Shown one piece after another: positions 22,011-35,445 of a stretch of 64,000 bases of DNA. How positions within the stretch are numbered: the stretch's first letter is position 1; the number at the start of each line of letters is the position of its first letter. The stretch is from Squalus acanthias. Taxonomy: Eukaryota. The notes under the pieces are model-generated. The model did no database searches. It was not told the DNA's origin and was given only the letters and a program-made list of their open reading frames with translations. Location: positions 7,130,001-7,194,000 of the forward strand of contig CM059453.1 in the NCBI GenBank assembly GCA_030390025.1, in the 5' to 3' direction. Both the position numbers and the translations under genes were made by a program.

Positions 22011-25000
22011 AGAAAAAATAAGTAATTTGCTCAGGAAATTGTAATCGATTTCAGATTTAGAATTGTGAAAATGGAAAAGAGTGAGTTGTTCAAACTGCAC
22101 GAGGCTCATCCGAGGTGCTTTACTGAGATCTATAAGGTAAGGTATCGATTGATCACTAACCCCTTCATGGTAGCAGTGATACGGTCCTCTTATCTTCCAA
22201 CTAATCTGAACTAATTCTGCTTCTTAATCTGATTCCAAATGCGCCCAGTTTGAAGCTGGACTGTGTTCGAATGAGGTTCCCGTTTGTATCCAGGATTTGA
22301 TCCCACTGATCAATTTGCAGGCATTTCACCCGTAGATAAAAATATCCACATTGTTTCCAGCAGCATTAACACACTAATCTGAAAGCTCACGACACACGTC
22401 AAAGTTCTAGCACTAAAGTCAGAATCTTCATAAACACGTCATTGTAGCAACTCGGATCTCAATGAGTTAATTTCAGCAGATTTCATCTCGCTGGACTGTT
22501 AATTTAAGCAGCTGAAGTCACTTCTGAAAATGGCACTTTAAAAACTTGAAACTGTTTACTGATAAACTCTTTCGTATCTTTTGACATTTCAGATACGTGT
22601 TGTGTCCCCGAACTTCTGAAGGTGATCAACCCACACGTCTGCAGACAACGGCTACAGGACTAACCACAGCTTCACACTTAAAACACTCGCAGTTCAAGGG
22701 CTGATAAATAGCTCAGTGTTTGGGAGTTGTTTGTCGGGGCTTCTAAAGCTGGTGGAGAGTCCAGGTTAGATATTGCCATCTGAAGTAACATATACCCTAC
22801 AATTAGTGTCAGCACCGATTGTAAGAAAATTAGCTGAGCGGGTGAATGATTATTGGTCGCGTGGACGCTGCAACTTGCCCGTGTGCATTTCACTCTTACT
22901 GACTCTCATTCACTTATTTAATATCATTGAGGGAGTGGAAAAACCACGAGGCACTCCCGAGAAGGCACTGTTTGCTTTCCGGAATTCCCAAACCCAGAGA
23001 TAGTCCAGAGAAATTGGCATTGCACCGGGACTGCATGTTCAATTTAGTGCGTATATATCCTAGAATGTTAAAAACAGTCACATTCAGAAAGTCACATGGT
23101 GTATTCCTGCTGGACAATTATCATCCTCTGTACCGATTGAACATTCCTCAGTTCTTATATTGTGTTTCCATTCACTGCCCGATGATATTTTATATGTTGT
23201 AACAGCCTTGTACTAACTGGTTTGTAAGCCAGTGATCCTCATCCTGCAATGTGGGCCTCTGTTGTCTCGTCAGGGCTTCTTCTTTCTGGCTTTACTAAAC
23301 AGTTTGATTACCTTCCGTTTTCAATTCTGATTAATTCTTTACAAAAAATGTTCACTGATATCTTCATCCAACAGATAGCGACTGACCTGTTTTGCCTTGT
23401 CAACGGTTCCTGGTGCTCTACAAGGCTTTGGTTGCCCGGGATGTTCAGGAGCCCTGATCTATCTGTCGCGGCTGCCGAGCCCCTCTTCTGGTAAGCTTCA
23501 GAAAAAGCCGGAGTATTAAATATCTTTCCTGTGTGGAGAAGTCCAATTAGTATGAATAGAACGCTCAACATATTGTAATGGGAGAGCGCCAGAAAAATAA
23601 GCAATTTCCTCAAGAAAGTGTTACGGATTTCAGATTTAGAATTGTGAAAATGGAAAAGCGTGAGATGTTCAAACTGCACGAGGTTCATCCGAGGAGCTTT
23701 ACTGAGATCTATAAGGTAAGGTAGCGATTGATCACTTACCCCTTCATGGTAGCAGTGATACGGTCCTCTTATCTTCCAACTAATCTGAACTGATTCTGCT
23801 TCATAATCTGATTCCAAATGCGCCCAGTTTGAAGCTGGACTGTGTGCGAAAGAGGTTCCCGTATGGATCCAGGATTTGAGCCCAATGATCAATTTGCAGG
23901 CATTTCTTACTGTAGATAAATATATCCACATTGTTTCCAGCAGCATTGACAGTCCAATCTAAATGCTCAATCACACCTCACAGTTCTAGCACTGAAGTCA
24001 GAATCTTCATAAACCCGTCATTGTAGCAACTCGGGTCTCAATGAGTTAATTTCAGCAGATTTCATCTCGCTGCAGTGTCAGTATAAACAGCTGAAGTCAC
24101 TTTTAAAAATGGCACTTTACCCACTTGAAACTGTTTACTGATAAACTCCTTTGTATCGTTTGACATTTCAGATACGTGTTGTGTCCACGAACTACTGAAG
24201 GTGATCAACCCACATGTCTGCAGACAACGGCTACAGGACTAACCACAGCTTCACACTTCAAACACTCACAGTGCAAGGGCTGATAAATAGCTCAGTGTGT
24301 GGGAGTTGTGAGTCGGGGCTTCTAAAGCTGGTGGAGAGACGATTTTAGATATTGCAATCTAAAGTACCATATACCCTACAATTATTGTCAGCACCGATTG
24401 TAAGACAATTAGTTGAGCGGGTGAATGACTATTGGTCGCGTGGACGCTGCAACTTGCCCGTAGCATTTCACTCTCACTGACTCTCATTCACTTATAAATA
24501 TCCTTGAGGGAGTGGAATAACCACGAGGCACACCCGCGAAGGCACTGTTTGCTTTCCGGAATTCCCAATCCCAGAGATAGTCCAGAGAAATTGGCATTGC
24601 ACCGGGACTGCATGTTCAATTTAGTGCGTGTATATCCTGGAATGTTAAAAACAGTCACATTCAGAAAGTCACATGGTGTGTTCCTGCTGGACAATTATCA
24701 TCCTCTGTACCGAGTGCACATTCCTCAGTTCCTATATTGTATTTCCATTCACTGCCCGATGATATGTAATATGTTATAACAGCCTTGTACTAACTGGTTT
24801 GTAAGCCAGTGATCCCCATCCTGTAATGTGGGCCTCTGTTGTCTCGTCAGGGCTTCTTCTTTCTCGCTTTACAAAACAGTTTGACAATCTTTGGTTTTCA
24901 ATTCTGCTGTATTCTTCTCCAAAATATTCACTGATATCTTCACCCCACAGACAGCAACTGACCTGTTTTGCCTTTTCAACAGTTCCGGGTGTTCTACAAG

Positions 25001-25898
25001 GCTTTGTGTGCCCGGGATGTTCAAGAGCCCTGATTTATCAGTCGCGGCTGCCGAGCCCCTCTCATTGTGTGCGTTGGAAAAACCCAGATAATTAAATATC
25101 TTTCCTGTGTGAAGAAGTCCAATTAGTATGAATAGAACGCTCAACATATTGTAATGGGGGAGCGGCAGAAAAATAAGCAATTTCCTCAGGAAAGTATAAC
25201 GGATTTCAGATTTAGAATTGTGAAAATGGGAAAGATGAGTTGTTCAAACTGCACGAGGCTCATCCGAGGTGCTTTACTGAGATCTATAAGCTAAGGTAGC
25301 GATTGATCACTAACCCCTTCATTGTAGCAGTGATACGGTCCTCTTATCTTCCAACTAATCTGGACTGATTCTGCTTCTTAATCTGATTCCAATTGCGCCC
25401 AGTTTGTATTCAGGATTTCATTCCATTGATCAATCCGCAGAGATTTGTTCCCGTAGATAAAAAAAATATCCATGTTGTTTCCAGCAGCATTGGCACTTCA
25501 ATCTAAAAGATCAAGACACACCTCTCAGTTCCAGCACTAAAGTCAGAAATTTTATAATCTCGGATCTCAATGAGTTAATTTCAGCAGATTTCATCTCGCT
25601 GCAGTGTCAGTATAAACAATTGAAGTGACTTCTAAAAATGGCACTTTACCCACTTGAAACTCTTGAAAGATAAACTCTTTTGTGTCTTTTGACATTTCAG
25701 ATACGTGTTGTGCCCCCGAACTACTGAAGGTGATCAACCCACACGTCTGCAGACAACGGCTGCAGAGCTAACCACAGCTTCACACTTCAAAGACTCGCAG
25801 TTCAAGGGCTGTTAAATAGCTCCGTGTGTGGGAGTTGGGAGTCGGGGCGTCGAAAGCTGGTGGAGAGGCTATTTTAGATATTGCAATCTAAAGTGCCA
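22011..25898. repeat. Tandem repeat of an about 1.58-kb unit (about 2.5 copies)
   Basis: AGAAAAATAAG(C/T)AATTT(C/G)CTCA recurs at about 22011, 23591 and 25168 with colinear internal sequence. The ORF pair 22927/24504 has offset 1577. Confidence 0.92.
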
Positions 25899-26264
25899 CT
25901 GCCTGTCCTGTAACTGTACAGATGAATAGGGGGCTGGGTTCATCTCTGCTCAGGGTTAATCAGCAGTAACCGGGCCTCATTATATCCTGTAACTGAGGGC
26001 AAATCACTGATGCACAATGTCATACTCGAAGTGGCTCAGATTTCCAGCAGTTTTAATCGCCAACATTTGAGAAGTGGCGCAAGCTGTCTGAGCTACCACG
26101 GTTCCCAATGATTGGTGGGTGGCGAACTGCTGACCTCCTAATACTCTGATTCGATTCGCTGTGAACTGCAGTCTATTACCGACGAATGGAATCTAGAAAC
26201 CTGATTAATTATATCTGTGATAAAAACAATTTCGACATTCTGACATCGTCAACCGCCTCCAGTC

Positions 26265-26307
26265 ATGAAGAGTATTAGATTGATCTCCCTTCTGATATTT
26301 AGCGAAG
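26265..26307 (+). CDS. Gene B exon 1: signal peptide
   Basis: gtcATG, MKSIRLISLLIFSE, G/gtataa in phase 1. Joins in frame to VVHSSRW of the V exon. Confidence 0.8.
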
Positions 26308-26703
26308 GTATAATATTCATTTTAATAATTAATATAGAAGCGATTTCCATTGTGTGGCAAATCAACACGTTCATTGTTTGTGGAGATAGTACATGTTTAG
26401 TTGGAAATTTACAAATGACCGATTTGCCCATTTAATGTATATTTCATTCGAAAAATTATCTTATATTTTATAAGATTGATCTAATATTTACTCTATGGTT
26501 TATCGACTTTCAATGGAATACTTAATGGAATCTAAAGAGTTTTAATGAAACTTTCACGAGTTTTAATGGATGTACTAATGAATTTGTTTGTGGATGTTTA
26601 TTAAAGGTTAAATTAACAGTATTTAACTTGACGATCAGGGTATGTTTAAATTGCGATATTATTGCGGATTTCATTGGGTTTTTAATTTCTGTTTTTTCAC
26701 CAG

Positions 26704-27084
26704 TTGTCCATAGTTCACGATGGTCTCTGAAGGTGCCGTGGAAGGTCTCGGCGGTAAACGGGACATGTGCAGAAATCCCGTGTACATTTGATTATCCCGC
26801 CTATGGCCGCAGTCCACAGGGTATGTGGTTAAAGGGGGGTCCTAAACCTGGTACCTCAGGGGTGTCGATTATCTGTGATTCCCGGAATTCAGACAACGTG
26901 CCCTTGAACTACAGAGGGCGAGCTCAGTTCACCGGCGAATTTGAAAAGAAACAATGTTCCTTACAGTTAAAGGACATCAGGAAGATCGATGAAGGTGTTT
27001 ATTATTTCAAATTGGAGATCATCAATGCCCAGAATAAGAGAGAAGGATATTCTACCGAATCTAAGGTCACTCTTTCTATTTTAG
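26704..27084 (+). CDS. Gene B exon 2: Siglec-type V-set Ig domain
   Basis: caccag/...TTAG/gtaggt, 381 nt. WSLKVPWKVSAVNGTCAEIPCTFDYP...W...YRGRAQFTG...CSLQLKDIRKIDEGVYYFKLE shows the CD22/CD33/MAG cysteine pattern (GxCxxIPCxF, CSL). Confidence 0.92.
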
Positions 27085-28256
27085 GTAGGTTTTTTGATCT
27101 GTTCCTTATGTAGTTTATATTCCATCGCGCCAGTGCCATTTAATTTTAGCATAAAATGGAAAGATTTCGTGTTACTCTTGCCCCATGTCACAGGCTACAC
27201 CGGCAGGACTGGTCCATTGTGTAATACCCAGGTGTGTGTTATATTTCGACTTGAACTGAAATGGGGCGCTGGCCTTCATAGTAACTTACAGAAGCACCCT
27301 CTGTTGATCAGTCAGTAAGTGCAATACTAGATGGCATTACCATCATTGGTGTCACCATTGACCAGAAACGTATTTGAACCAGCCACATCAATACTGTGGC
27401 AAAAAGAGCAGGTCAGAGGCTGGGTATTCTGTAGCGAGTGTCTCACCTCCTGACTCGCAAAGCCTTTCCACCATCAACAAGGCACAAGTCAGGAGTGTGA
27501 TGGAATACTCTCCACTTGCCTGGATGAGTGCAGCACCAACAACACTCAAGAAGCTCGACGCCATGCAGGACAAAGCAGCCCGCCTGATTGGCACCCCATC
27601 CACCACCTTAGACATTCACTCCTCCACCACCAGCGTACCATGGCTGCAGTGTCTACCATCTACAAGATGCACTGCAGCAACTCGCCAAGGCTTCTTCGGC
27701 AGCACCTCCCAAACAGGCGACCTCTTCCACCTCGAAGGACAAGGGCAGCAGGCGCATGGGAACACCACCATCTCCAAGTTCCCCTCCAAGTTACACACCA
27801 TTCTGACTTGGAAATATATCGCCGAACTTTCGTCGTCGCTGGGTCAAATCCATGGAACTGCCTCCCTAACAGCACTGTGGGAGTACCTTCAGCACATGGA
27901 CTGCAGCGGTTGAAGAAGGTGGCTCAGCACCTCCTTCTCAAGGGCAATTAGGAATGGGTAATAAATGCTGGCCTTGTCAGCGACGCTCACATTCCATGAA
28001 TCAATAAAAGAAAAGACCGGTTTGTCAAAATTCAATCCCTCAAAGATATGGTTAATTAAATCAAGATTTGTACTTCTAATGGACAGGTCAGAGGACATGG
28101 TCAATACTTAGGAGGGATTGCTTCAATCTGATCATTTACAGGCCCCCATATCATAGGGTCGTGTTTCAAATTCTTTCGGCTAAATCAACTTTCACACACT
28201 TGGCCATTATTTAAATTAAAATCTACTGTAACGCGAATGTCCTTCTCTCGTTACAT

Positions 28257-28568
28257 ATAAACCATGGATATCAGTCTCTGGGGAATTGATTGCAGGAACG
28301 CCAGCACACCTGACCTGCTCAGTCACCCACAGTTGCCCGTCCGCCAACCTTGAATTGATGTGGACCCATGACAATGTTGTACCTCCATTTCTGCCAGAGA
28401 TTAAAACTTCAAAAGGACATGATAACAGTTTCGACGATTCCCAGAAGGTTTCATCCACTTTCAACTTCAGCCCATCACTGGACCATCATGCGAAGAAGCT
28501 GGGATGTAAACTTATAGTCGACGGTGTCACAGCTACTGATGAAGAAACTCTTACACTGGATGTTAAAA
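28257..28568 (+). CDS. Gene B exon 3: C2-set Ig domain (expected acceptor reads AT, not AG)
   Basis: KPWISVSGELIAGTPAHLTCSVTHSCP...W...STFNFSPSLDHHAKKLGC...LDVK with donor A/gtaagt. This is the typical Siglec second domain with the extra Cys. Confidence 0.85.
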
Positions 28569-28854
28569 GTAAGTGCCTGCTCTACGCTTCATTCAACCAA
28601 CTTATTGATGAACCGGTTCAATAGATATCTGTATGCTAAATATAGTGGTAGCTCGCCTGGACAATTGAAGCTTCTTGTAAGTCACATTATTTCACATTTG
28701 CCCCAGAACCATGGAGTAAGTTGGTCACTCCAGGGGTGTGGTTTATATGAAAAATAATTGCAAATGCTTCCAACACCTGATTTTTGTTCAGCCACAGAGT
28801 AACTGGAACATACAGGCCAAGGAGAGTGCATTCATGGTCTGAGCTAACTCACAT

Positions 28855-29530
28855 ATATACATAGGTCATACGGCAGAGAAACAGGTCATTGGGCCCAACC
28901 AGTCCATGCTGGCGTTTATGCTCCACTCGAGCCTCCTCCCGTCTTTCCTCATCTAAATCTATCAGCCTAACCCGCTATTCCCTTCTCCCTCATATGCTTG
29001 TCCACCCTCACCTTAAATGCATCTCTACTTTTCGCTTCAACCACTCCCTGTGGTAGCGAGTTCCTCATTCTCACCACTCTCTGGGTAAAGAAGTTTTTTC
29101 TGAATTCCCTATTGGATTTCTTGCTGACTATCTTATATTGATGGCCTCTAGTTATCTTCTTCTCCACAAGTGGAAACATTCTCTCTGTATCTGCTCTATG
29201 AATGCCTTTCATAATTTTAAAGATCACTATTAGGTCACCCCTCAGCCGTCTTTTTTCAAGACAAAAAAGACTCAGCCTGTGCATCCTTCCCTGATATGTA
29301 TACCCCCGCATTTCTGGTATCATCCTTGCAATTCTTCTCTACCCCCTCTCCAGTGCCTCTATATCATTTTATAATATAGCGGCCAGAATTGCATGCAGTA
29401 CTCTAAATGTGGTCTAACCGAGGTTCGATATAGATTTAGCATAACTTTCCTACTTTTTAATTTTATCCAGCTCGGAATAAACCCTAGTGCTTGGTTTGCT
29501 TTTTTCTGGTCTTGCTAACCTGTGGCGCAA
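28855..29530 (-). mobile_element. CR1 LINE 3' fragment
   Basis: LEKRRLRGDLI...FFTQRVV..NSLP. Confidence 0.85.
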
Positions 29531-29896
29531 TTTAGCTGGGGCGGTGTTCGGGATTCTACAATTAGCCTCACCACCACTGTGTAAGAGATGGGAAAGTCCG
29601 CCCTACTTATTCTGGGAGGAATGGCCTCTTGGTTGATGTACCGGAGGAATAGAACCTTATGCGGGAAAACATATAACTCTTCAAATCCTTGAAGATAAGA
29701 AGGAAAAGAAGGCTTAGTTTTGAAATAAGCTTATCATCTAGGGCGTAAAAGTCATGTGCTGCATTTTTAATTCATAGTTTACAAGAAAACCAACATATCT
29801 AAGTTTAATATTCTTCTTTAGTTGTCACATATATTGTTTTATTTTCCTCATCCGCACTGATAACGCATTTAGAAACAATGGCATTATCTCTTCCAG

Positions 29897-30154
29897 ATGG
29901 CCCACAAAAACCAGGCATCAATTCCTCTATAGCGGCAGTGGAAGGGAGCTCTTTATTATTATACTGCACGGCCAGGGGGACCATACCGAGCAACTTAACC
30001 TTGGTCCGAAATGGTGAGGAGATCAGCAAGTCTTCCACTGGTGAACTGAAGCACATATTCCACAACATTAGTTTTGAATATAACGGTGAATATTGGTGCG
30101 TGGCTGATAATAACTTGGGCAAAGCGAACAGCTCCTCACAGATTTCTGTACAAT
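29897..30154 (+). CDS. Gene B exon 4: C2/I-set Ig domain
   Basis: ttccag/ATGGC...CAAT/gtaagt, 258 nt. EGSSLLLYC...GEYWCVADNNLG. Confidence 0.92.
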
Positions 30155-30409
30155 GTAAGTGCTGTGTCAACCTATCAAATGTATATTGGGACATCAATCC
30201 GTCTTACAGTGATTAGGCCTCGGTGTTTTCCCCCCAGTGTTCACACAACTTTCTCAAAATCCGTAGTAATATTGCCTGAAATGTCAGTAAAAGGAGAGTT
30301 GAACCAAATTCATTGAGTAAAAGACACTTTAAAAAAAAACTGGACACCCCGATACACAACTCCAGGTAAAATGTATCTCTGATTGGTTAAAACCAACTGA
30401 ATGAATATG

Positions 30410-30765
30410 TGGGATCTCCATATCCCTTGATTCCCCTAGAGTCCAAAAATCTGTCTATCTCAGCCTTGAATATGCTCAATGACTCAGCATCCACAACCCT
30501 TTGGGGAAGAGAATTCCAAAGATTTACTACCCTCTGAGTGAAGAAATTCCTCCTGATCTCAGTCTCAAATGGCCGTCCCCTTATCCTGAAACGATGCCCC
30601 CTAGTTTTCAGCTCTCCGGACAGGGGAAACAATCTTTCAGCATCTACCCTGACAATCCCCCTCAGAATATCATGTTTCAATGAGGTCATCTCTCATTCTT
30701 CTAAACTCCAGCGAGTATAGGTCCAAACTACTCAATCTCTACTCAAAGGACAACCGACTGATCCC
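30410..30765 (-). mobile_element. CR1 fragment at the position equivalent to 5335-5535 in gene A
   Basis: CR1 ORF2 end. Its junction with the unique intron sequence (GGACAACC...ACATG...CCAGGAAATATATGGAT) is shared with gene A. Confidence 0.8.
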
Positions 30766-31017
30766 ACATGATTTTCCAGGAAATATATGGATCAATTGAC
30801 TGCTTGATGCAATTTTATATCTTATTAATTGCCTTGCTAGAAATAGGGGAAAGGAAAGTCTGATGAAGCATGAAATGAAAGTAACATTGAATGGTTCTAA
30901 TTAAACTCGTTATGTGCAGTGACCTCTCTTCTTAATCTAATCGCCGAAATTGGTTCTATTTAGACACTGCAAACCGCTGCATGGAAACAATTTCAATATG
31001 ACTTCACTTTTTTTTAG

Positions 31018-31305
31018 ATAAACCGACAGTAGTATCAGGCCCGACCTGCACCAGCTCTGAGAGTGGGGTTCATTGTACCTGCAGTATCAGAGCAAACCCC
31101 CCAACAAACATCACCTGGGGCATCAATGGGAGAAACATCACTGTGAACAGTTCAGATATCAATATCCTATCCTCGGATTTGAATAGTTACCTGGAGCAGA
31201 GCTCCCTGACACTGACTCACCCAACTGGAACTGGACACCTGATCTCATGTTTTGGAGTAAACGAGCATGGCGTTACTGTCGGAAAATACCAGCTCAAAAC
31301 TGAAG
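31018..31305 (+). CDS. Gene B exon 5: membrane-proximal Ig domain
   Basis: tttag/ATAAACCG...GAAG/gtatat, 288 nt, open frame. Paralog of 5796-6083. Confidence 0.92.
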
Positions 31306-31564
31306 GTATATATTACATTTTACTGTAAAATAAGTACGGCGGACGGTTTGGTCCATCACCTGTCAGTGACTAACTGAACGGTGTTAATGTCAGCAAATAA
31401 CAGTTCCATTCGATAGCTGCATGCCAAATCCATTGGTAATTTAAGTCTGAATCCATGGATTTTTGGAGTAGTTTATGGTCTGGCCAACATCTCGTTGAAA
31501 GTTGCGATGGGAATAATGAATGCATTTAAAATCTGTCTCTCATTTCCGGGTCTGTTTATATACT

Positions 31565-34500
31565 AATTAGGAGCAGGAGTAGGCCACTCGGCCCCTCGAG
31601 TCTGTTCCACCTTTCAATAAGATCATGGCTGATCTGATTACTCCACATTCCCTGCTAACCCCGATAACCTTTCACCCCCTTGCTAATCAAGAATATATCT
31701 ACCACTGCCTTAAAATATTCAAAGACTCTGCTTCCACCGCCCTCTGAGGAAGAGAGTTCCAAAGACTCACGACCCTCTCTGAGAAAAACATTCTCCTCAT
31801 CTCAGTCTTAAATGGCCGACCCCTTATTTTTAAACAGTGACACCTAGTTCTAGATTCTCCCACAAGAGGGAACATCCTCTCCACATCCACCCTGTCAAGA
31901 CTCCTCAGGATCTTATATGTTTCTTGTCGCCTTGTTTTTGTCTCGAATGGAAAGGATTAATATAAAGCAATAGAAGCGGCCCGCAATCGTTAATAAAACA
32001 GAAACTTCTGAATTAATTAAACTCTTTAAGATGTCAGGTTTCCTCTCAGTCTAACGGTAGCCGGCAGCAGTCTATCATTTAATTGAACTTGCAAAGTTTT
32101 AGTCTCGTTTTCTGAGGAAGGATATACTTAGAGGCGGTGCGAGGAAGCTTCAGTAAATTGATACCTGGAATGAGAGAGTTGACCTATGATGTGAGATTGA
32201 GCAGACTAGGCCTATACTCTCTGGAGTTTAGAAGAATGAGAGGTGATCTCAGTTAAATATATAAGCTTCTGAGGGGATTGACAGGGAAAGAACATAAGAA
32301 GTAGGAGCAGGAGTCGGCCATACGGCCCCTCGAGCCTGCTCCGCCATTCAATAAGTTCATGACTGATCATCGACCTCAACTCCACTTTACTGTCCGATCT
32401 CCAAATAGATGCGGAGCGGTTGTTTCCCCTGGTAGATGTGGAGAGGCTATTTAACCTGGTTTGAGTGCCCAGAACTAGGGGGCATATTCTCAGGATAAGG
32501 CGTGGGCCATTAAAGACTGAGATGAGGAGGCATTTCTTAAGTCAGAGGATTGTGAAGTTTTGGAATTCTCTACCCCAGAGGGTTGAGGAGGCTGAGATCG
32601 ATAGATTTTTGGACTGCAGGAGAATTAAGGGATATGGGGATCGGGCGGGAAAGTGGAGTTGTGGTCCAAGATCAGCCATGATCTTATTGAATGGCGGAGC
32701 AGGTTGGAGTGGCCGTAGCACCGACTCCTGCTCCTAATTCTTAAGTTATTTTGTTCTTATGAACTTGGTAGTTTTGAACATTTAGTTCAACTTTTTCACC
32801 TCGCTCAATAAAACACTTTTTAGAGCTATTTCAGATAGCCCCTGGATAGTTGTCATGGAGATATTATGAGAAGATAACATGAGATAATCCTGAAAATTGA
32901 GCGAAATATTTGGGATAATTGAAAGAGCAGAAACTAGATTGATTTGAAGTATTGGATAGCAGGCGAACAGATCCGAGTGTGCAGCGAGGATATAGGTAGG
33001 CTGTCGTGGTTATACCTTGAATCATATATTTAGTCAGATCATTAATCACATGTTTTCAAGATTGATGGTCCCATGCAATTCAAAAATCGTATCGTATGAA
33101 GAGGAGTCGCGAGTTCTTTAAGGCCCAATTTTGCAAAACATCTCAGTTAGAATCACAGAAATTTACGGCACAGAAGCAGACCATTCGGCTATTCGTGTGT
33201 GTGGCGGCCGAAAAAGAACTATCCAGCCCAATCCCACTTTCCAGTTCTTGGTCCGTAGCTTTGCAGGTTACGGTGCATCAAGTGCATATCCAAGTACTTT
33301 TGAAATGCAATGAGGGTGTCTGCATCTATCATTCTTTCAGGCAGTGAGTTCCATTCGCCCAGAACCCTCTGGGTGAAATAGGTTCCACTCAAATCAACTG
33401 TAATCCTTCCACCAATTACTTTAAATCTATGCCCCCTGGATTTTGACATCTCACCTAAGGGAAATAGATCCTTCCTATCCACTCTTTCTAGGATCCACAT
33501 AAATTTATACACGAACAATTTGCATTAAATGAATCAACATGCGTTACCAATGCTAAGATGTGGACCGGGTATTGTTTATTTACATTTTCTTATTTTGTTT
33601 TCTTTTGAATTTAACATAGGGGAGGTACCAGAGGACTGGAGGTCAGCTAAGGTAGTACCATTATTCAAGAAGGGTAGTTGGGATAAACCAGGGAATTTAC
33701 AGGCCAGTGAGCCTAACATCAGTGGTAGGGAAATTATTGGAAACAATTCTGAGGGACAGAATTAGTCTCCAATTGGAGAGCCAAGGATTAATCAAGGATA
33801 GTCAGCATGGCTTTGTCAGGGGGTGATCATGTCTAACCAATTTGATTGAATTTTTCGGGGGGATGACTTGGTGTGTGTTTGAGGGTAGTGCAGTTGATGT
33901 AATCTACATGGACTTCAGTAAGGCTATTGACAAAGTCCAGCATGGGAGACTGGTCAAGAAGGTAAGAGCCCATGGGATCCAGGGCAATTTGGCACATTGG
34001 ATCCAAAAATTGTCTTATTGGCAGGAGGTAGAGGGTTATGGCTGAAGGTTGTTTTTGTGACTGGAAGCCTGTGTCCAATGGTGTACCGCAGGGATCGGTG
34101 CTGGGTCCCTTGCTGTTTGTAGTGTACATTCATGAATTAGATATGAAATTATCAGGTATGATCAGTAAGTTCGCAGATGACACGAAAATTGGTGGTGTGG
34201 TAAATAGCGAGGAGTGAAGCCTCAGGCTACAGGCCGATATAGACGGTTGGTCAGATGGGCAGAACATTGGCAAATTTAATTTAACCCTGAAAAGTGTGAG
34301 GTGATGTATTTTGGGAGGACTAACAAGGCAAGGGAATAAACAATGAATGGTAGGACCTTATGAAGGACAGAGTATCAGTGGGACCTTGATGTGCTTGTAC
34401 ATAGATCCCTGAAGGCAGCAGGACAGTTGGATAAGGTGGTTAAGAAGGCATATGGGATACTTGCCTTCATGTGCCGAGATATAGAATATTAGAGAGGGTG

Positions 34501-34980
34501 CAGAGGAGATTCACCAGGATGTTACCTGGGCTGGAGCGTTTCAGCTATGGTAAGACTGGACAGGCTGGGGTTGTTTTCCTTGGAGCAGAGAAGGCTGATT
34601 GAGGTGTCCAAATTATGAGGGGCATAGATAACCTAGATAGAAAGTAACTTTTCCCCTTAGCAGAGGGATCACTAACCAGGGGGCATAATTTCAAGGTAAG
34701 GGGCAGGAGGTTTAGAGGGGAATTGAGGAAAAACTTTTTAACCTGGAGGGTGATTGGAACCTGGAACTCACTGCCTGAAAGGGTGGTAGAGGCGGGAACC
34801 CTCACAACATTGAAGAAGCATTTAGATGAGCACTTGAAACGCCATAGCATACAAGGCTACGGACAAAGTGCTGGAAAATTGGTTTATAATAGACAGGGCT
34901 TGATGGCCGGTGCGGACACGATGTGCCGAAGGGCCTCTTTCTGTGCTGTATAACTCGATGACTCTATGACTATGACTCTA
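31565..34980. mobile_element. Cluster of CR1 fragments in both orientations (gene B intron 5)
   Basis: About 31565-31925 (-), 32100-32760 (+, with a nested tail), 33150-33515 (-) and 33615-34980 (+, RT motifs and GACTCTAT tail). Unique sequence is interspersed. Confidence 0.85.
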
Positions 34981-35360
34981 TATAGGACAGCAATCTTAAG
35001 ACAATTATTTCAAATTTAGACAAGGGACAAATCCATTGCTGAAATTCAGTGTTAGTCTTTGGAAAGAGAAATCGGTTCAAATGATGCTCTCTCTGTGTCG
35101 AGGGAACATTGCCCAATAAATGAATAAAATATAATAAGGATTTGTAGGGAGATTAGATTTGGGGTCATTTCCAAGTCCTCCATCTTCTGATAGTCGGGTC
35201 AGTGTCCTGTCTTTTTAGGAATGGATAGAAATACTGAACTCTTACTTTTAAGATGAGAATTTCGAGGAAACTTGCCTACACAAGCTGACAAAAGTTATCC
35301 TTAAACCATGATGTAATCTTAGAGCAATGATAAACAGCAAAGTCTTTTTGAATATTTTAG

Positions 35361-35445
35361 GAACATTTCCCTGGGAAATTGTCATCTCAGTCCTAGCAGC
35401 CGCGGCAGTTATTCTTTTGATCCTGATCGTGGTGATGGTGCACAG
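35361..35445 (+). CDS. Gene B exon 6: transmembrane segment (uncharged core)
   Basis: ttttag/GA...CAG/gtatgt. GTFPWEIVISVLAAAAVILLILIVVMVHR, phase 1 to 2. Confidence 0.88.

Noticed and set aside
23217-23253. RSS-like CTGGTTTGT-21 nt-CAATGTG suggesting a J segment
   Set aside because: Poor nonamer, spacer is neither 12 nor 22/23, no FGxG/WGxG follows, and the heptamer is altered in the next copy.
23308-23946. 212-aa minus-strand ORF in the 1.58-kb repeat unit
   Set aside because: No recognisable domain and the frame is not preserved in the other copies.
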